From assembly GCA_964016885.1 (NCBI GenBank), contig OZ024746.1:96968001-97032000 (forward strand): DNA of 64,000 bases. Direction: 5' to 3'. The position numbers and the translations under genes were made by a program. This DNA comes from Eledone cirrhosa. Its lineage: Eukaryota. Position 1 is the stretch's first letter. Every line of letters starts with the position of its first letter. Positions 12,133 to 24,916 of this stretch are shown one piece after another. The notes under the pieces were generated by a model that was not told the DNA's origin, did no database searches, and worked only from the letters and a program-made list of their open reading frames with translations.

Positions 12133-12338
12133 GGGCGGTGGATTGGTAGTATCGGTAGAGGGTCGGGCGCCATGCTTTGACGCATAGAGTTACGGCCCTT
12201 GCCTTTCTGAGTTCAAATCCCGCCAAGGTTAACTTTGTCTTTCATCCTTACGGGATCGATAAAATAAAGTACCAGTAATACACTGGGTTAATTGCTGGCC
12301 TTGTGCCATTTCATTGTGTTCCCAGTATTAGAAACATT
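12133..12338 (+). mobile_element. SINE family A
   Basis: Near full-length match to 2122-2305. Confidence 0.85.
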
Positions 12339-12554
12339 CTACTACTAGACTTAAAACTTCCCCTGATTCTCTGTTAAAGTTCGATATTATGTGAGATAAT
12401 TATGTGAAATAAAGTGTTTACCATGAAAACACAATAGTAAATATAGAGTAATGTAAATGTTAACGGGTTAAACATATTTTCTACATTATCTCTTTAGCAT
12501 TTCATAAAACGGTGATGATGATGATGATGATGATTATTCTATACTAATAATTAG

Positions 12555-12741
12555 GGGCAATGATTTGGCAGTATCAGTAGAGAGTTGGATGCAATGCTTT
12601 CCAGCATAGTTATGTCCCTTTACAGTCTGAGTTCAAATCCCGCCAAGGTTAACTTTGCCTTTCATCCTTACGGGATCGATAAAATAAAGTACCAGTAATG
12701 TACTGTGTAATTGCTGGCCTTGTGCCTAAAGTAGAAACAAT
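12555..12741 (+). mobile_element. SINE family A
   Basis: Near full-length match to 2122-2305. Confidence 0.85.
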
Positions 12742-12833
12742 TAATTATTGTATTGGTCATGTTATTGACTTAGTTGATTTAGGTTTGTACTTTTCATATC
12801 AACTTTATATTTAAAGGAGATATTGCTGCTTAC

Positions 12834-12954
12834 CTGATTGCGTCACAACTATTCTTGCATGTACAGTGGTAGGTACTACCTTCAGACAATTCACAGGTAC
12901 CACCGAATTTACAAGAAGTTTCATCACAGATTGAGCCACTTCCAGAACCATCCA
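12834..12954 (-). CDS. AGRN: Agrin-like exon f (SG repeat plus follistatin N-terminal half)
   Basis: attcag|TG GAT...ATC AG|gtaagc; (V)DGSGSGSICDETSCKFGGTCELSEGSTYHCTCKNSCDAI(R); phase 1 to 2. Confidence 0.87.
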
Positions 12955-13289
12955 CTGAATAAAAATATATAAAAATCTCATATAAATATATAAATAAATC
13001 TCAAACATATATAAAACTCTCACATATATTTAAAGCTTGCTAAATAAAGGGTTTGCAGAACCCTTCAGTTGAGTCAAAGACTTCAGTAGAGCTGGTGCCA
13101 TGATAAAATACACTTAGTAGAACATGGGACCATATGTAAACATGGCACAGATCCCCAGCCTGTCTGGGAGGTCAGTAGTTGCGTTTAAGGACTGACTTGA
13201 TCTTTAAAAACACACCCAACCCTTACAAGCAGGGGTCATCTGAAACGCAGTAATATACTGCATAACATTGCTTCTGAAGTGTAAGCAGT

Positions 13290-13765
13290 ATATGGATAAA
13301 AGCTAGAGGGTCCTCTATCAGTGGAAGTCTGACCTTTCCTCCTAAGCAACACATGCCAAGTGTAATATCCATGCTACCAATTACAACTTTAGGATCATTT
13401 CTATAATTCTTTCATGGATCATATGAAAACGCAGCTCTTAGCCAGTTTATTTTGCCTTGAAGAGTCCTTTGTGTTCGTAAAGTTTGCATTGCAGCTCTCA
13501 TTGCCTCTTGGTGATTTTCATATTGAACCTCTGTTTGTTGCAATAGTCTTTCTTCTTGCCTTAATCTTTCTGTTTCCTGTCTCAGGTTCTGTACACTTTT
13601 AGAAAGTTGCAATCGTTTCTTGTTGTCTTAATCTTTCTGTTTCCCGTCCCATATTCTGCTGAATGTCACAATCTTTACTTGTCCCTTTATTCCCAAGTCT
13701 TTTTTTATATTGTTCATGAGTTTCTCTTTCCTTTGAAGATTGCAACCGTTTGGTGAACATTGTAC
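13290..13765 (-). mobile_element. Helitron Rep-Hel N-terminal relic (pseudogenised)
   Basis: ETERLRQ-type repeats then LRAAFSYDP*KNYRNDPKVVIGSMDITLGMCCLGGKVRLP, resembling the AF.YDP...IG.M...GMCC..GKV.LP block of Helitron Rep-Hel proteins; stops and deletions present. Confidence 0.7.
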
Positions 13766-14418
13766 AACCCCCACCCCAACCCCATAGATGAGCAGTGTTT
13801 TGTAACATAATGAAATTAATTTTCTAGGAAAATATCGTAAAAAAAACCCACAATACAAGCAATAGAAAAAAACCCCCAGAAATAAATGCAGGCTTCGGGA
13901 GTACGTTGACACTCTGTCATCTGAATTAGGTCAATAATAACATGACACTATCCTCAAGAAATTAACTTCATATACACCGTAGGTTAATTTCAAATAGTAA
14001 CAATTTTTTTCTCTGTTCTGTAAAATCAAAGACTTTTGTGGGCACCACACACACACACTCGCTGTCTCTCTGAATATCAAACACTTTAATTGTATATCTC
14101 TCTGTATAACGGCCTCTCTTTCTCTCTCTGTCTAGATGTGTATGTACATGTGTGCACACGCGTGTGTTTCTGTGTGTGTGTGGTTTTCGTGCAACCAACC
14201 AAGCAACCAACAAATAAACATCTCTCTTTTATATTATATATAGATAAGTTCAGTATTAGATGATTAGGTCTGGAGAGGGATGGGCTCCACCAGTCTTAAA
14301 AATTCCCAAGAAATGCTGTATGCCAATACAGCACCCCTACCACTCAATCAGGAGTGATGGGGCCATACATACATTAGATCATTAAGAATGGAACAGAATA
14401 AAATGTCAAAATACTTGC

Positions 14419-14637
14419 CTATTCCAGATCCTGAGATTTCGTCACAGGGCCCATTGCTGACAATGTATAATTCGGTTTTCTTTAAGCATGCATATTTTTT
14501 CATCTCACACTCATTATTATAGACCTGTCCATTGCTGGCACATAGCACTTCAACATCTGCAGGACATTCTGAAGGACATACACACATACCATTCTCACAA
14601 GTTGACCCAAAGGGACAACGAATTTTTGCACATTTAT
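14419..14637 (-). CDS. AGRN: Agrin-like exon e (complete follistatin domain plus Ser-Gly motif), GC donor
   Basis: ttttcag|AT AAA TGT...GGA ATA G|gcaagt; (N)KCAKIRCPFGSTCENGMCVCPSECPADVEVLCASNGQVYNNECEMKKYACLKKTELYIVSNGPCDEISGSGI; lies within ORF 14348..14659; only the GC donor gives the required phase 1. Confidence 0.87.
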
Positions 14638-14902
14638 CTGAAAAGATAAAATAAAACATTTATTGAAAATTGTTAATTACAATAAGAACCACCTCTTAAT
14701 TTTAGCATAGTATTTTGTTTTAAAATGTAAATTTTAATATTTGTGATTCCACAAATATTTAGTTTCAACTGTTGTTGTATAGATTAAATATGGATTATTT
14801 TTCCAACATAGGCATGGAGTCTCATATATTGAAGAAGGCAACTGTTGGTTAAATCAATCCCACTACTTGACTGGTAAATTATCATATTAACCCCAGAAAG
14901 AT

Positions 14903-15180
14903 CTTCTTCACACACTTATTCCTGAGAGGGTCGTGGGGGCAGAGTTTTTAAACACTCCTTCCAGCAGGTCCTATCAGAAGCAGCTGTCTGCAACTGATCC
15001 GGCTGAATCCCCAAGCGAGACCAACCAAGCTCATGGATGTTACCCAACTATCTTGCTCGGGGTCTACCCCTGGGTCTCCTGCCGGCTGGTTTTGCCCATA
15101 AAATGTGTCCAGCGATTCTTTCCTGAGATATTCTAACCATATCCCTACAATATCGGAGCTGTGATCTCTCATTTCAGAGA
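14903..15180 (-). mobile_element. RTE-like 3' remnant, same family as 36384-36668
   Basis: Shared blocks ttattcctgagaggg, aaacactc, ccaagctcatg, ggttttgcccataaaat, ttcctgaga. Confidence 0.7.
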
Positions 15181-16411
15181 TGACAAACAAATTTGACTGT
15201 GCAGGGATTTAAATTTAGAATGTAAAGAGCTGTAACAAATACCACAAAACATTTAGTTCAGAGGCATAACTAGAGAAAATAGGGCCTATGGCAAGCAGAG
15301 AAATTGTGCCCTTGCCCAGCACTGTATTTTTACCTATGGGCCTAATAATTTATATAAATGGTTTAATGATCCAGCCACCATAGTGTTTCTCACCCATGAT
15401 AATCAGAGACAAATCATACATCTGAAAGAGTTTCTTTTTTCACTCTCCAATGAGGCTTATTTGACTTTAATAGAACTTGCTCCTAGTCAAGTGGCGTCTG
15501 CTTCATGTGGTGCCCATGGCATGTTCCATGTTTGCCATACCCCAGTTAGGCCTCTGTTTTGGTTCAGTACACTAATGACTCTGCTGACATGGAATTAAAT
15601 GAAATGAACTTCTGTTGGTTTTGGTAATGAGTATTCTAGTTATTTGTCAATGGAACAGCCTGTACATGATTATTAATGTCTCAGTCACTGAGCATTTCAT
15701 AGACATATATGCCTTTAATGTAAACTTCAAGAAGATTCAGTATCATACTGACTGACAGAGGCATTCGTCGGTTACGACGATGAGTGTTCAGTTGATCTGA
15801 TCAACTGAACAGTCTGCTCACAGAATTAACGTGCAAGTGGCAGAGCATTCCAAAAACACACATACCTTTAACAGTTTTTAGGGAGACTCAGCATCACGCA
15901 GAATGTGACAAAGCTGGATATTCGAACTACACGTACAACTCATTTTTGCCAGCTGAGCAGACTGGAGCAATGTAAAATAAAGTGTCTTGCTCAAGGACAC
16001 AATGCACCACTGGGAATTGAACTCACTGTAAATGAGGTTGGCATTAGGAAGGGCATCCAGCTGTAGAAAACAAACCAAAATCAGTCCTGTATGAACAAGA
16101 CATGGTCACCTGACTTGGCATTTCCCACAACAAGACAAATTGTCTAACCCATGCTAGCATGGAAAAATGGACGTAAAACAGTGATAATGATGATGCTGAT
16201 ATATACATGTGGCTGAGTGGTTAGAGAATTGGATTTGCAATCATGAGGTTGCGAGTTTGATTCCTGGACCGGGCGATATGTTATGTCCTTGGGCAAGACA
16301 TTTTATTTCATGTTGCTCCGTCTACCTGGAGTTGCGACCAATACATAGCAATTAGAAAGACCAATGGAAACATTGTTTCCTTGGTCAAATTTGACGAAAG
16401 TCGATCGACTG

Positions 16412-16453
<42 letters not shown>

Positions 16454-16633
16454 GAGAGAGAGAAAAAGAGATAGGTAAAATCCTGACCATGATGCCTAGC
16501 AGGTTTGACTTAGTGTACAGCAAGCCTTTTCAAGCCCTTGAAAAAGCTTGAAGATACAAATCAAAACCACTTGGTGTTGCAATTGAGATTTGACATATCT
16601 CTATACCCACTCTGCATTGAAGACATCCATGAC

Positions 16634-16722
<89 letters not shown>

Positions 16723-16941
16723 AATATAAATTTAGCGAGAATCGCATTTCTGCGAGTAGAAATTAGCGAAACGCAACTTACGATTTGTGTTGGCAAGCGC
16801 TCAATGGATACAAAGATACCAGAGCTATAAACATAAGTTAAAAAGGCCATACAAAACTGAGATGATGGTTAAGAAGCCATTAACCACTTAAGCCAAAAAA
16901 GCGAGCAAGCTAAGCGGGTCAAACAAAATAAGATATGATTG

Positions 16942-16975
<34 letters not shown>

Positions 16976-17713
16976 GATAACAAGTTATCGTTTTAGGTAA
17001 TTCAGTTAGAGGTTGTGAGTACTCTGTACTATGGATAGTTTTAATGTACAGCGTTATTTGACTCAACAAGAGGTTTCCTTAGTTAGGTAGCAAGTTTGGG
17101 AGAATTCCCATGTAGGTTATTCTTGGAGTAATAGTAGTGAAAGATTGAAGAATAACATGGTCAGCTGTACATGTTATTCTTCACTCTTTCACTATATATA
17201 TATATGTATATATATGTATGTATATATATATATATATATATATAATAAATGTAATCTGAGTTTTTCAAATATTAATAATAATATTCGATTCATTTGCAAT
17301 TATGCAAACAAGCCTCATTTTTAAAGCTCTTGTGTTGGCATGTAAACAGAACTGCATCAGTACAGTTCACTGTTCACCTGCCAACTGTCAGAGCTAGTGA
17401 AAATATATGATATTTTCTAAAATATACAGTGACAGATCGGCCATGTTGAGTGAAAATTTCTTTCTTTTTTTTTGTTTGAATATGGCAAAGCCGAGCACCA
17501 TAGCGATAATTTATTAAACGTATCACACACACACTTGATAAAACAACAATAGATGTGATATTGATTAATTATATAGTGTAAGAAAATACCCCCCCCTGTA
17601 TGATAATTACATGATTAATTAATTATGGTGTGCGACTTTTGCCTCACCCTATATATATATATAAATACTGAGCATATGATATATAAAAACATTGTCAAAT
17701 GAATTTTACTTAC

Positions 17714-17828
17714 TGCAATCACCACGAGATTCCACATCAATTAGTTTTTGATCGCGACATGAAGCAACCTTTAGTTCACACTCATTCTGGTAAGTAATCC
17801 TGTTTGTTCCACATACCTTATTCTCAAC
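17714..17828 (-). CDS. AGRN: Agrin-like exon d (Kazal half)
   Basis: ctccag|GTT GAG...TGC A|gtaagt; VENKVCGTNRITYQNECELKVASCRDQKLIDVESRGDC; phase 0 to 1. Confidence 0.87.
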
Positions 17829-18025
17829 CTGGAGTAGATTACATAAACCATTCAGGTATAATACAAAAAATACAGATATTTCCAATTATGTTATACAAGA
17901 AACTTCACCATACACTATATTTTCATCACTATATCATAACACTTACCATATTTTCCGGTGCCGAAGACATTTCGTCCTCGAGGACGCACCCTAATTTTGA
18001 CAACTAAACATTTGAAAAAAATAAT

Positions 18026-18234
18026 GGTTTCTTATATAGGCACAACGCCAGCAATTTTGTGGGAAGGGAAAGTTGATTAAATCGACCCCAGTACGTGACT
18101 GGTACTTTATTTTATCGGCCCTGTAAGGATGAAAGGCAAAGTTAACCTTGATCTCAAACCGTAAAGGACCGTAACTCTATGCTGCAAAGCATGGTGTCCG
18201 AGCCTCTACCAATACTGTCAATCCACCGCCCTAA
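18026..18234 (-). mobile_element. SINE family A inserted into a pogo-type MITE
   Basis: 16-bp TSD atttgaaaaaaataat (18010-18025, 18235-18250). Confidence 0.85.
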
Positions 18235-18621
18235 ATTTGAAAAAAATAATAAACAACCTTCGGCCTCCAGGATGCATGGTAGATTTTTGAGACTTATTTA
18301 TATATTTCTATCATTATATCATAATGTTTATATTTCCGGCACTAATCTCATTTTCTCTTTTTTTGCTTTAATATATTTATTTCTAAGATTTCACCATAGC
18401 GATGTCTTTTTTTCCTTTTCATTTTAGTGTATCATATCTATATGTATATATATATTTGCATATAATATCAATATGCACACTACATATGCTAGTACGTATA
18501 ATACTGATTTCCTGGTAACTGATGATCAAGCATCAGACATAATTATGAGTGGACACTGAAACTTTGCATGACCTGCAAGACTAGTTAATTTTATTTGGAA
18601 GGATAGTATTTGATTTATTGT

Positions 18622-18697
18622 GTGACAGAAGAGAGATACACAATCTTGACAAAGGGCAATAACCCTGAAACAATTCTCGATTGTTTCTCTCTGTCAC
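18622..18697 (+). ncRNA. Decayed hammerhead motif (same family as 2701-2751)
   Basis: acaatc TTGACAA aggg-caataa-ccct GAAAC aattctc gattgt; long stem I; core mutated. Confidence 0.45.
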
Positions 18698-19262
18698 CAC
18701 TAGAACAAAAGGATGGTGATGATCATCTTAAACACATAGCATAATCAGGCTGTTAGCTTGCAAATGAATCAAATATTATTATCCTTTGATATAAAACTCA
18801 TGAATGTATTTGTGTATCTGCTGTTAGAGTGAAAAACTAAATTCTGATTTTGGTTTTAGTTTGAAACATTTTTGCTTTCATATTACTGTAAGTGAGAGAC
18901 AGGGAAAGTGTTTTTGATTTTATATGTTTCTAGTGAATTATTATTTAGTTCAGCAAAACAGATCTGGAACCAAAGGATCCAGAAAATGAGTGGTGTACCT
19001 GTATAAATACTCTTATATTTACCTTTATATTGCAAGCAGGGAAAAGCGGACGTAAATTGATGATGATGATGATACACTGGTCAACACACTTTTTGCTGAC
19101 TTAGGTTTTGTTGTTGTTTTTAACTAATTCTGAGGAGCTGGTTTCAAATACGGCAGCCATTTTCCCCTAACACATCAGGTTTTCATGTTTATCTTTTGCT
19201 CAGCTATTCCATAAACACAGGAAACACAGATATTTTGTATACTGTCTTTGTTGGCCAAGTGA

Positions 19263-19542
19263 AAACTTGACGTGATAGAAAATTATTTTTAAACTCAGGG
19301 GCCCCAAATTTCTCAAGAACAGTTCTCAAACTTAGGTCAGAAAAAAAGCTAAATTTTGTTGACCAGTGTGCTATCTCTTTTTGCTATGGGTGGGGCCAAT
19401 ATGGAACAGCCCATAGGTAAAAATAACTTGATGTGATAGAAAAAATGTAATGTCATTTTAAAACTCAGGGGCCCCCAATTACTCAAGAACAGGTCTCAAA
19501 CTTAGGTCAGGAGAAAAAAAGTAAAATCTTGTTGACCAGTGT
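19263..19542. repeat. Diverged direct duplication, about 110-bp unit
   Basis: aaactcaggggcccc..ctcaagaacag.tctcaaacttaggtcag...gttgaccagtgt occurs twice. Confidence 0.75.
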
Positions 19543-20044
19543 TATTACACATCCCAAACTGATCTATTCTAATATCTCATGACGTGAAATTCCGTGACAT
19601 AATGTTTCAGTGATAAGGATGTAAATACTAAGCATTAGACTTCAATACTTATCAATATATAATACTATTACTTGATAAAATACAAGGGAGTATATTATTA
19701 TATGAATAGATTATCACAATGCTTTTCTTTCAGTTTTTAATAGATAATCTCAGGTGAAATTTCTTGTTTATGTCTGTTTTTCCATTCCTGTAGCGATTGG
19801 ATGCAGCAAAGAGTTTATCCAAGGTTCATGGGTGTTAACTACTGAGAGTGCAAGATAGGACTTCAGTCGGTTGCAGTGATAACCAATAACTGATGCTGTA
19901 AACTGGAGTAATGTGGAATGAAGTGCCATGCTCAAGAGCACATCATGTCACCTGGTTTGAGAATCAAACCTACAACCTTCAAATCATGAACCTAATATCA
20001 TAACCATGATGTCATTTCACATGACCTGCTAAATAAGTAGACTT

Positions 20045-20103
20045 TTAACCTTTTAGCATTTACAATACTCTATATATACTATTATATTTTCATGGTAAAG
20101 GCT

Positions 20104-20135
<32 letters not shown>

Positions 20136-20606
20136 TTTACGTCCGCTTTTCCCTGCTTGCAAAGGGTGGGACGGGAACTGATTCTGGCTTGATTTCTACA
20201 GCTGGATGCCCTTCCTAACACCAACCTCATTTACAGTGAGTGCTGGATGCTTTTTTGCCGTGGCACCTCCACGACCACTTTGCAGTGGAATGATAGGAAC
20301 CCCAGTCCCTATCATCTCATTTCTACAACTGAGTAAACTGAAGCAATGTGAAATAAAGTGTCTTGCTCAAGGAAACAACACATCACTCGGTCTGAGAATT
20401 GAACTCACAACCTTTCGATTGCAAGGCCAATACTCTAACCATTAAGCCATATGCTTCCATAATATCAAATCTATGAGATTTTGATATTATTTATTTTGAG
20501 AACAATACCTTAACATCAGTATGAGTGGCCGCTTACAGCTGGTGTGAACAGAAAGAGGTGAGAGAATTCTGACCAGATATGGCTGGTTTAAATACTAGAG
20601 GTTTAA
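20045..20606. mobile_element. piggyBac-type MITE interrupted by SINE B
   Basis: Both halves match 44008-44223. Confidence 0.75.
20105..20458 (-). mobile_element. SINE family B inserted into a TTAA MITE
   Basis: Full-length; splits the MITE at 20045-20606. Confidence 0.88.
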
Positions 20607-20642
20607 AATATTTAACAACTGTAAAGCAAATATAAAATTTAC

Positions 20643-20734
20643 CTCCACACAGGCCGATGGACATACACATTTGGCATTTTTACCATCACTTTGACAAACG
20701 GCATAGAATTCACAGCGTTGATTTTCACAACCAT
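20643..20734 (-). CDS. AGRN: Agrin-like exon c (follistatin N-terminal half)
   Basis: ttacag|AT GGT...GTG GAG|gtaaat; (N)GCENQRCEFYAVCQSDGKNAKCVCPSACVE; phase 1 to 0. Confidence 0.87.
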
Positions 20735-23609
20735 CTGTAAACAAAATTAAAAGAAAAAATACCTTAATTGAAAATCATATTGATTAAAATGAAGTACATA
20801 TATTTACAGGGCAACAAATCGGCAGAGTCTTTAAAATGTTGGATAAAATGCTTTATGATATTCATTCCAGCTCTCTGCTCTCAGAGTTCAAATCCCGCTG
20901 AGGTCAACTTTATATTTTATCCTTTCGTGTTCGTTAAAAAAAGGAACCAGCTGTCCATCGCCCAACCAAGTACACACTTGCCCCAACTGTACCAGAGCCT
21001 GTGGGTCCAGGCCATGCCACTGCACGGAATAGGACAAACAATTCTTCCCACTGATCTTCACAAGTAAAGAATTCACCATTCATTCACTTTACAGAACGCA
21101 CCGGGTGCATTTTATTATGGTGCTACCACTAGAATATTTGTCATGTTCTTGACAAAACAAAAGAGTTCTCTCTACCTTAAGTTGTCTCCCTTCCATGGCT
21201 GGATGCTCTTTTAAAATCATCCACTTTACAGAGTGTACTGGGTGTATTGTATTGTGACACCAACACTAGTGGTGTGTTGTTTCATCCCCTTTCAGTCATC
21301 TCTTTCAAGTCAAATGTGACTCAGAAGGTGATTCAGATAGGGGCAATGATCAAAATGTGAAAGGAAGAAAGAGAATGATAGGATGGTAGAGGAGGAGGAG
21401 GAGTGAGATTGGTAGAGAGGAGGCTGAGTAGGAGAGCAGCTGTGTCATGGTAGGAGAGAGTAAGTAATGAGTAGCAGAAAGAAGAGAGGAATATAGGGTC
21501 AGCAGAGTGTCTTATGAGAAAGAGAGAGAGGGAAAAAGAGAGAGCAAGCAATAGTATTAATGGTAATGGCAATGCTGATGATGATGATGATGATAATAAT
21601 AAATGTTTCTACTTTTGGCACAAGGCCAGCAATTACCCAGTGTATTACTGGTACTGTAAAGGACTGTAACTCTATACTGCAAAGCGTCGACCCTCTACTG
21701 ATACTGTCAATCCACTACATGATAATAATAATAATAATACTAATAATAAGTGTTTCTACTTTAGGTACAAGGCCAGCAACTTGAGGGAGGGAGAAGTTGA
21801 TTCAACCCAGTTCGTTACTGGTACTTTATCTTATTGACTGTGTAAGGATGAAAGGCAAAGTTAACTTCAGCTGAGTTAACTGGAGCCATATGAAATGAAA
21901 TGAATTGCTCAAGGATGCGATGTGTCATGCAGTCTGGGAATCGAAACTGTAACTTTATGATTGTGAAATCAACACCCTAACCCTAACCCTAACCCTAACC
22001 AGTAGGCCATGTTTTCACCTTTTTTTTTTTCAATATTCAGAAAATAAAAATATGAAATATATGACACATTTTGCTGGTTTGAGAGCTGATGAAGATGAAG
22101 ATGTGTGTAAACTTATCTTGTACTTTGCCTTTATTTCCTTCTTCTCGTCACTTTTATGCACCAACACACGTCTCCTTGTCCTCCCCCCTCTTTCAATCTT
22201 TTCTATATATCATCTGCCTGTCACCCACCTTACGGATTGTCTCTCCCTGTTGACCACTGATCACTGTCCTCTGAGGCATTTTTTCCTAGCGCTGTCTTTG
22301 ACAGAATTTGGCTGTTTTAATGGCTGTTCCAGCGATGACTTTTCTCATTTTTATGAATGTAGAGTATGTTTAACATTTGTAACATTTAAATTTTAGTGTT
22401 GTAACCTATCCAAAATTTGGTTTTTCTTTACTCATAGGGACTGTATTTCTCTCCCTAAAATTTTGTTGTGAGTCAATAAAGGTAGATAACTTATTTTATA
22501 AATGTAAGTGATAATTAGATTTAATTTAGATTAAAATAAAAAGATTAGTGATGCATTTCTAGTTTAGAATCGATACATTGTATCCCTGCATGTTATAAGA
22601 AGCATCTAAAAGGGTGTTAAAGAGGGTATCTGCTGTAAAACATTGCCTCTAAATATTCTGTCAAAACCATGCCTACATGGAAAAGTCAATGGAAAAAAAC
22701 CAATGATGATAATGCTGATAATGATGATGATGATGGTGATGATGATGATGATAGGTTGGGATGTGATCTGCAGCAATACTCTCTCCAGCAGTAAACAGAC
22801 TAAATCTGCATCAGGCTCAGGCTTAGTCACATGACAGCTTAAAGATTATAAGTAAAAGACAAGTACCATCATTGAACCCATAATGGGCCTCCAAGAGAAA
22901 TTTTTCTCAAAGCAGGCAAAGATTTTTATCAAAATGGATATTGCATGGTTGCTGTCGGGCCTTCTTAGCTCTTGGGTCGTCCCAAAACAAAGTACCTGCT
23001 GGATCCCCACCATCTGGTGTTCTGAGTCCCCAAACAACCTTGCTACTCACTTTGTTTGGAATCAAGATTACTATCACCAAGAATGAGCACTACAAGTTGT
23101 ATTGGCTCTTTCAACAGATTTCCTTCACCATCCTCTGTGGTAGCTCATTCCCCATTCTGTTCACTAGGGCCATGATATACTTTGGGTTTTAGAATAGATA
23201 CACTGTATCCCTGTATGTTGCAAGGGGTGTCAAAAATATTTGGTGTCAGGAAGGGCAGCTATTCCAACTCAGGGGATTCACTCCTGCAAGAGGCCAAACT
23301 CCAGCCTGATAGTAGTAGAGGGAGAGAGATAGACTAGAAGAGAGATATAGGCATGCTAAAATAAAGACAGATAAACTGAGAAAGAGAGAGAGGCTGGAAG
23401 AAAAAAAGAAAGACAGTATGATGTAGAAAGAAATAACAGACGGGCTGGAAGAAAGAAAGATATTCAAAAGAGAGAATACATGATGTGTAATTTGGGTTTT
23501 AGAATAGATACACTGTATCACTGCATGTTGCAGGAGGTGTCAAAAATAGTTGGTGTCAGGAAGGGCATCACGCTGTAAAACATTGTCTTGCTGACCTTGT
23601 CTTGCTCAT

Positions 23610-23894
23610 ACGGGAACTGATTCTGACTTGGTTTCTACAGCTGGATGCCCTTCCTAACACCAACCTCATTTACAGTGTGGGCTGGGTGCTTTTTTGCCGT
23701 GGCACCTCCACGACCACTTTGCAGTGGAATGATAGGGACCCCAGTCTCTATCATCTCATTTCTACAGCTGAGTAAACTGGAACAATGTGAAATAAAGTGT
23801 CTTGCTCAAGGAAACAACACATCACCCAGTCCGAGAATTGAACTCACAACCTTTCGATTGCAAGCCCAATGCTCTAACCACTAAGCCATGCGCC
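23610..23894 (-). mobile_element. SINE family B (3' end missing)
   Basis: Match to family B head and body. Confidence 0.85.
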
Positions 23895-24140
23895 TGTATG
23901 TATGTGGTGGCTGCCAACTCGTTTTCGAGTATGGCCACTACTTTATATCCATGTAGGAGAACTCCTACCGATGCGCTGAACGAAATATACATATATACCG
24001 TCCGAAATATACATATATACCGTCCAAACCCATGAAAGCATGGAAGATGGACGTTAAACGATGATGATGATGATGATGATATATATATATATAAAGAATC
24101 AAAAAGAACAGAAAGATGCAGTAAAAGAGATTTATTCGGT

Positions 24141-24255
24141 TCTAACGTACGTTTCAATAGACATCAATTTGCCTAGATCTCGCTGCATCTATAATATTAT
24201 ATAGTTAGTAGAACATTCGACATCCAATGCACAATCGATTCCATATCATCAGAGA
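24141..24255 (-). ncRNA. Type I hammerhead motif with a long stem II
   Basis: Minus strand: tct CTGATGA t-atgga-atcgatt-g-tgc...gca-aattgat-g-tctat-t GAAAC gtac GTT|aga; palindromic stem III ACGTACGT. Confidence 0.55.
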
Positions 24256-24266
24256 TTATATATATA

Positions 24267-24307
<41 letters not shown>

Positions 24308-24440
24308 GCCTCGACAGAAGAATACTGCTCGACTATGGCAGACAATTGATATACCCAGGTCACCATAGTGAAATACCAATATATGGAACATTACATTTAT
24401 GTAACATTCTTTCCTGATTTTAATTTATATTCCTTTTGAA

Positions 24441-24559
24441 GTTCCGATGAACTGCTCTATTTTTACATATGTTAATTATTTTCAACTGAACCAGATCAAT
24501 AATGATATATAATCATTTGATCCAGAAATATTATATGGAGTAGCGAAACAATTGTAAAC
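24441..24559 (+). ncRNA. Hammerhead-like motif with a long stem II (core CCGATGA)
   Basis: gtt CCGATGA a-ctgctc...gagtag-c GAAAC aatt GTA|aac; palindromic stem III ACAATTGT. Confidence 0.5.
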
Positions 24560-24862
24560 GGACATTATTATTATTATTAATATTATTATTATTCTCTACA
24601 TTACTTACATCAAACTAAAATATGTTGACAATCTTTTAATAATGTCTTCCTTGTGAAATTTGTGGTCTTGTTTTGATTAACTAATGAATATTTCCAGCTC
24701 TGTGCACCTAACCTCTGCATGAACCCAGCCACCTAGCTGCCTTCCACTGCATATTGCACATTGAGCACATGCCTTTACGCTTTGGCCTCTAACTAATTCA
24801 CCAATCTCTCCTCTCCTATCTCCATCTCTCTCTTTAAGATTGGTTACTCTTGAACTGTGTAT

Positions 24863-24916
<54 letters not shown>

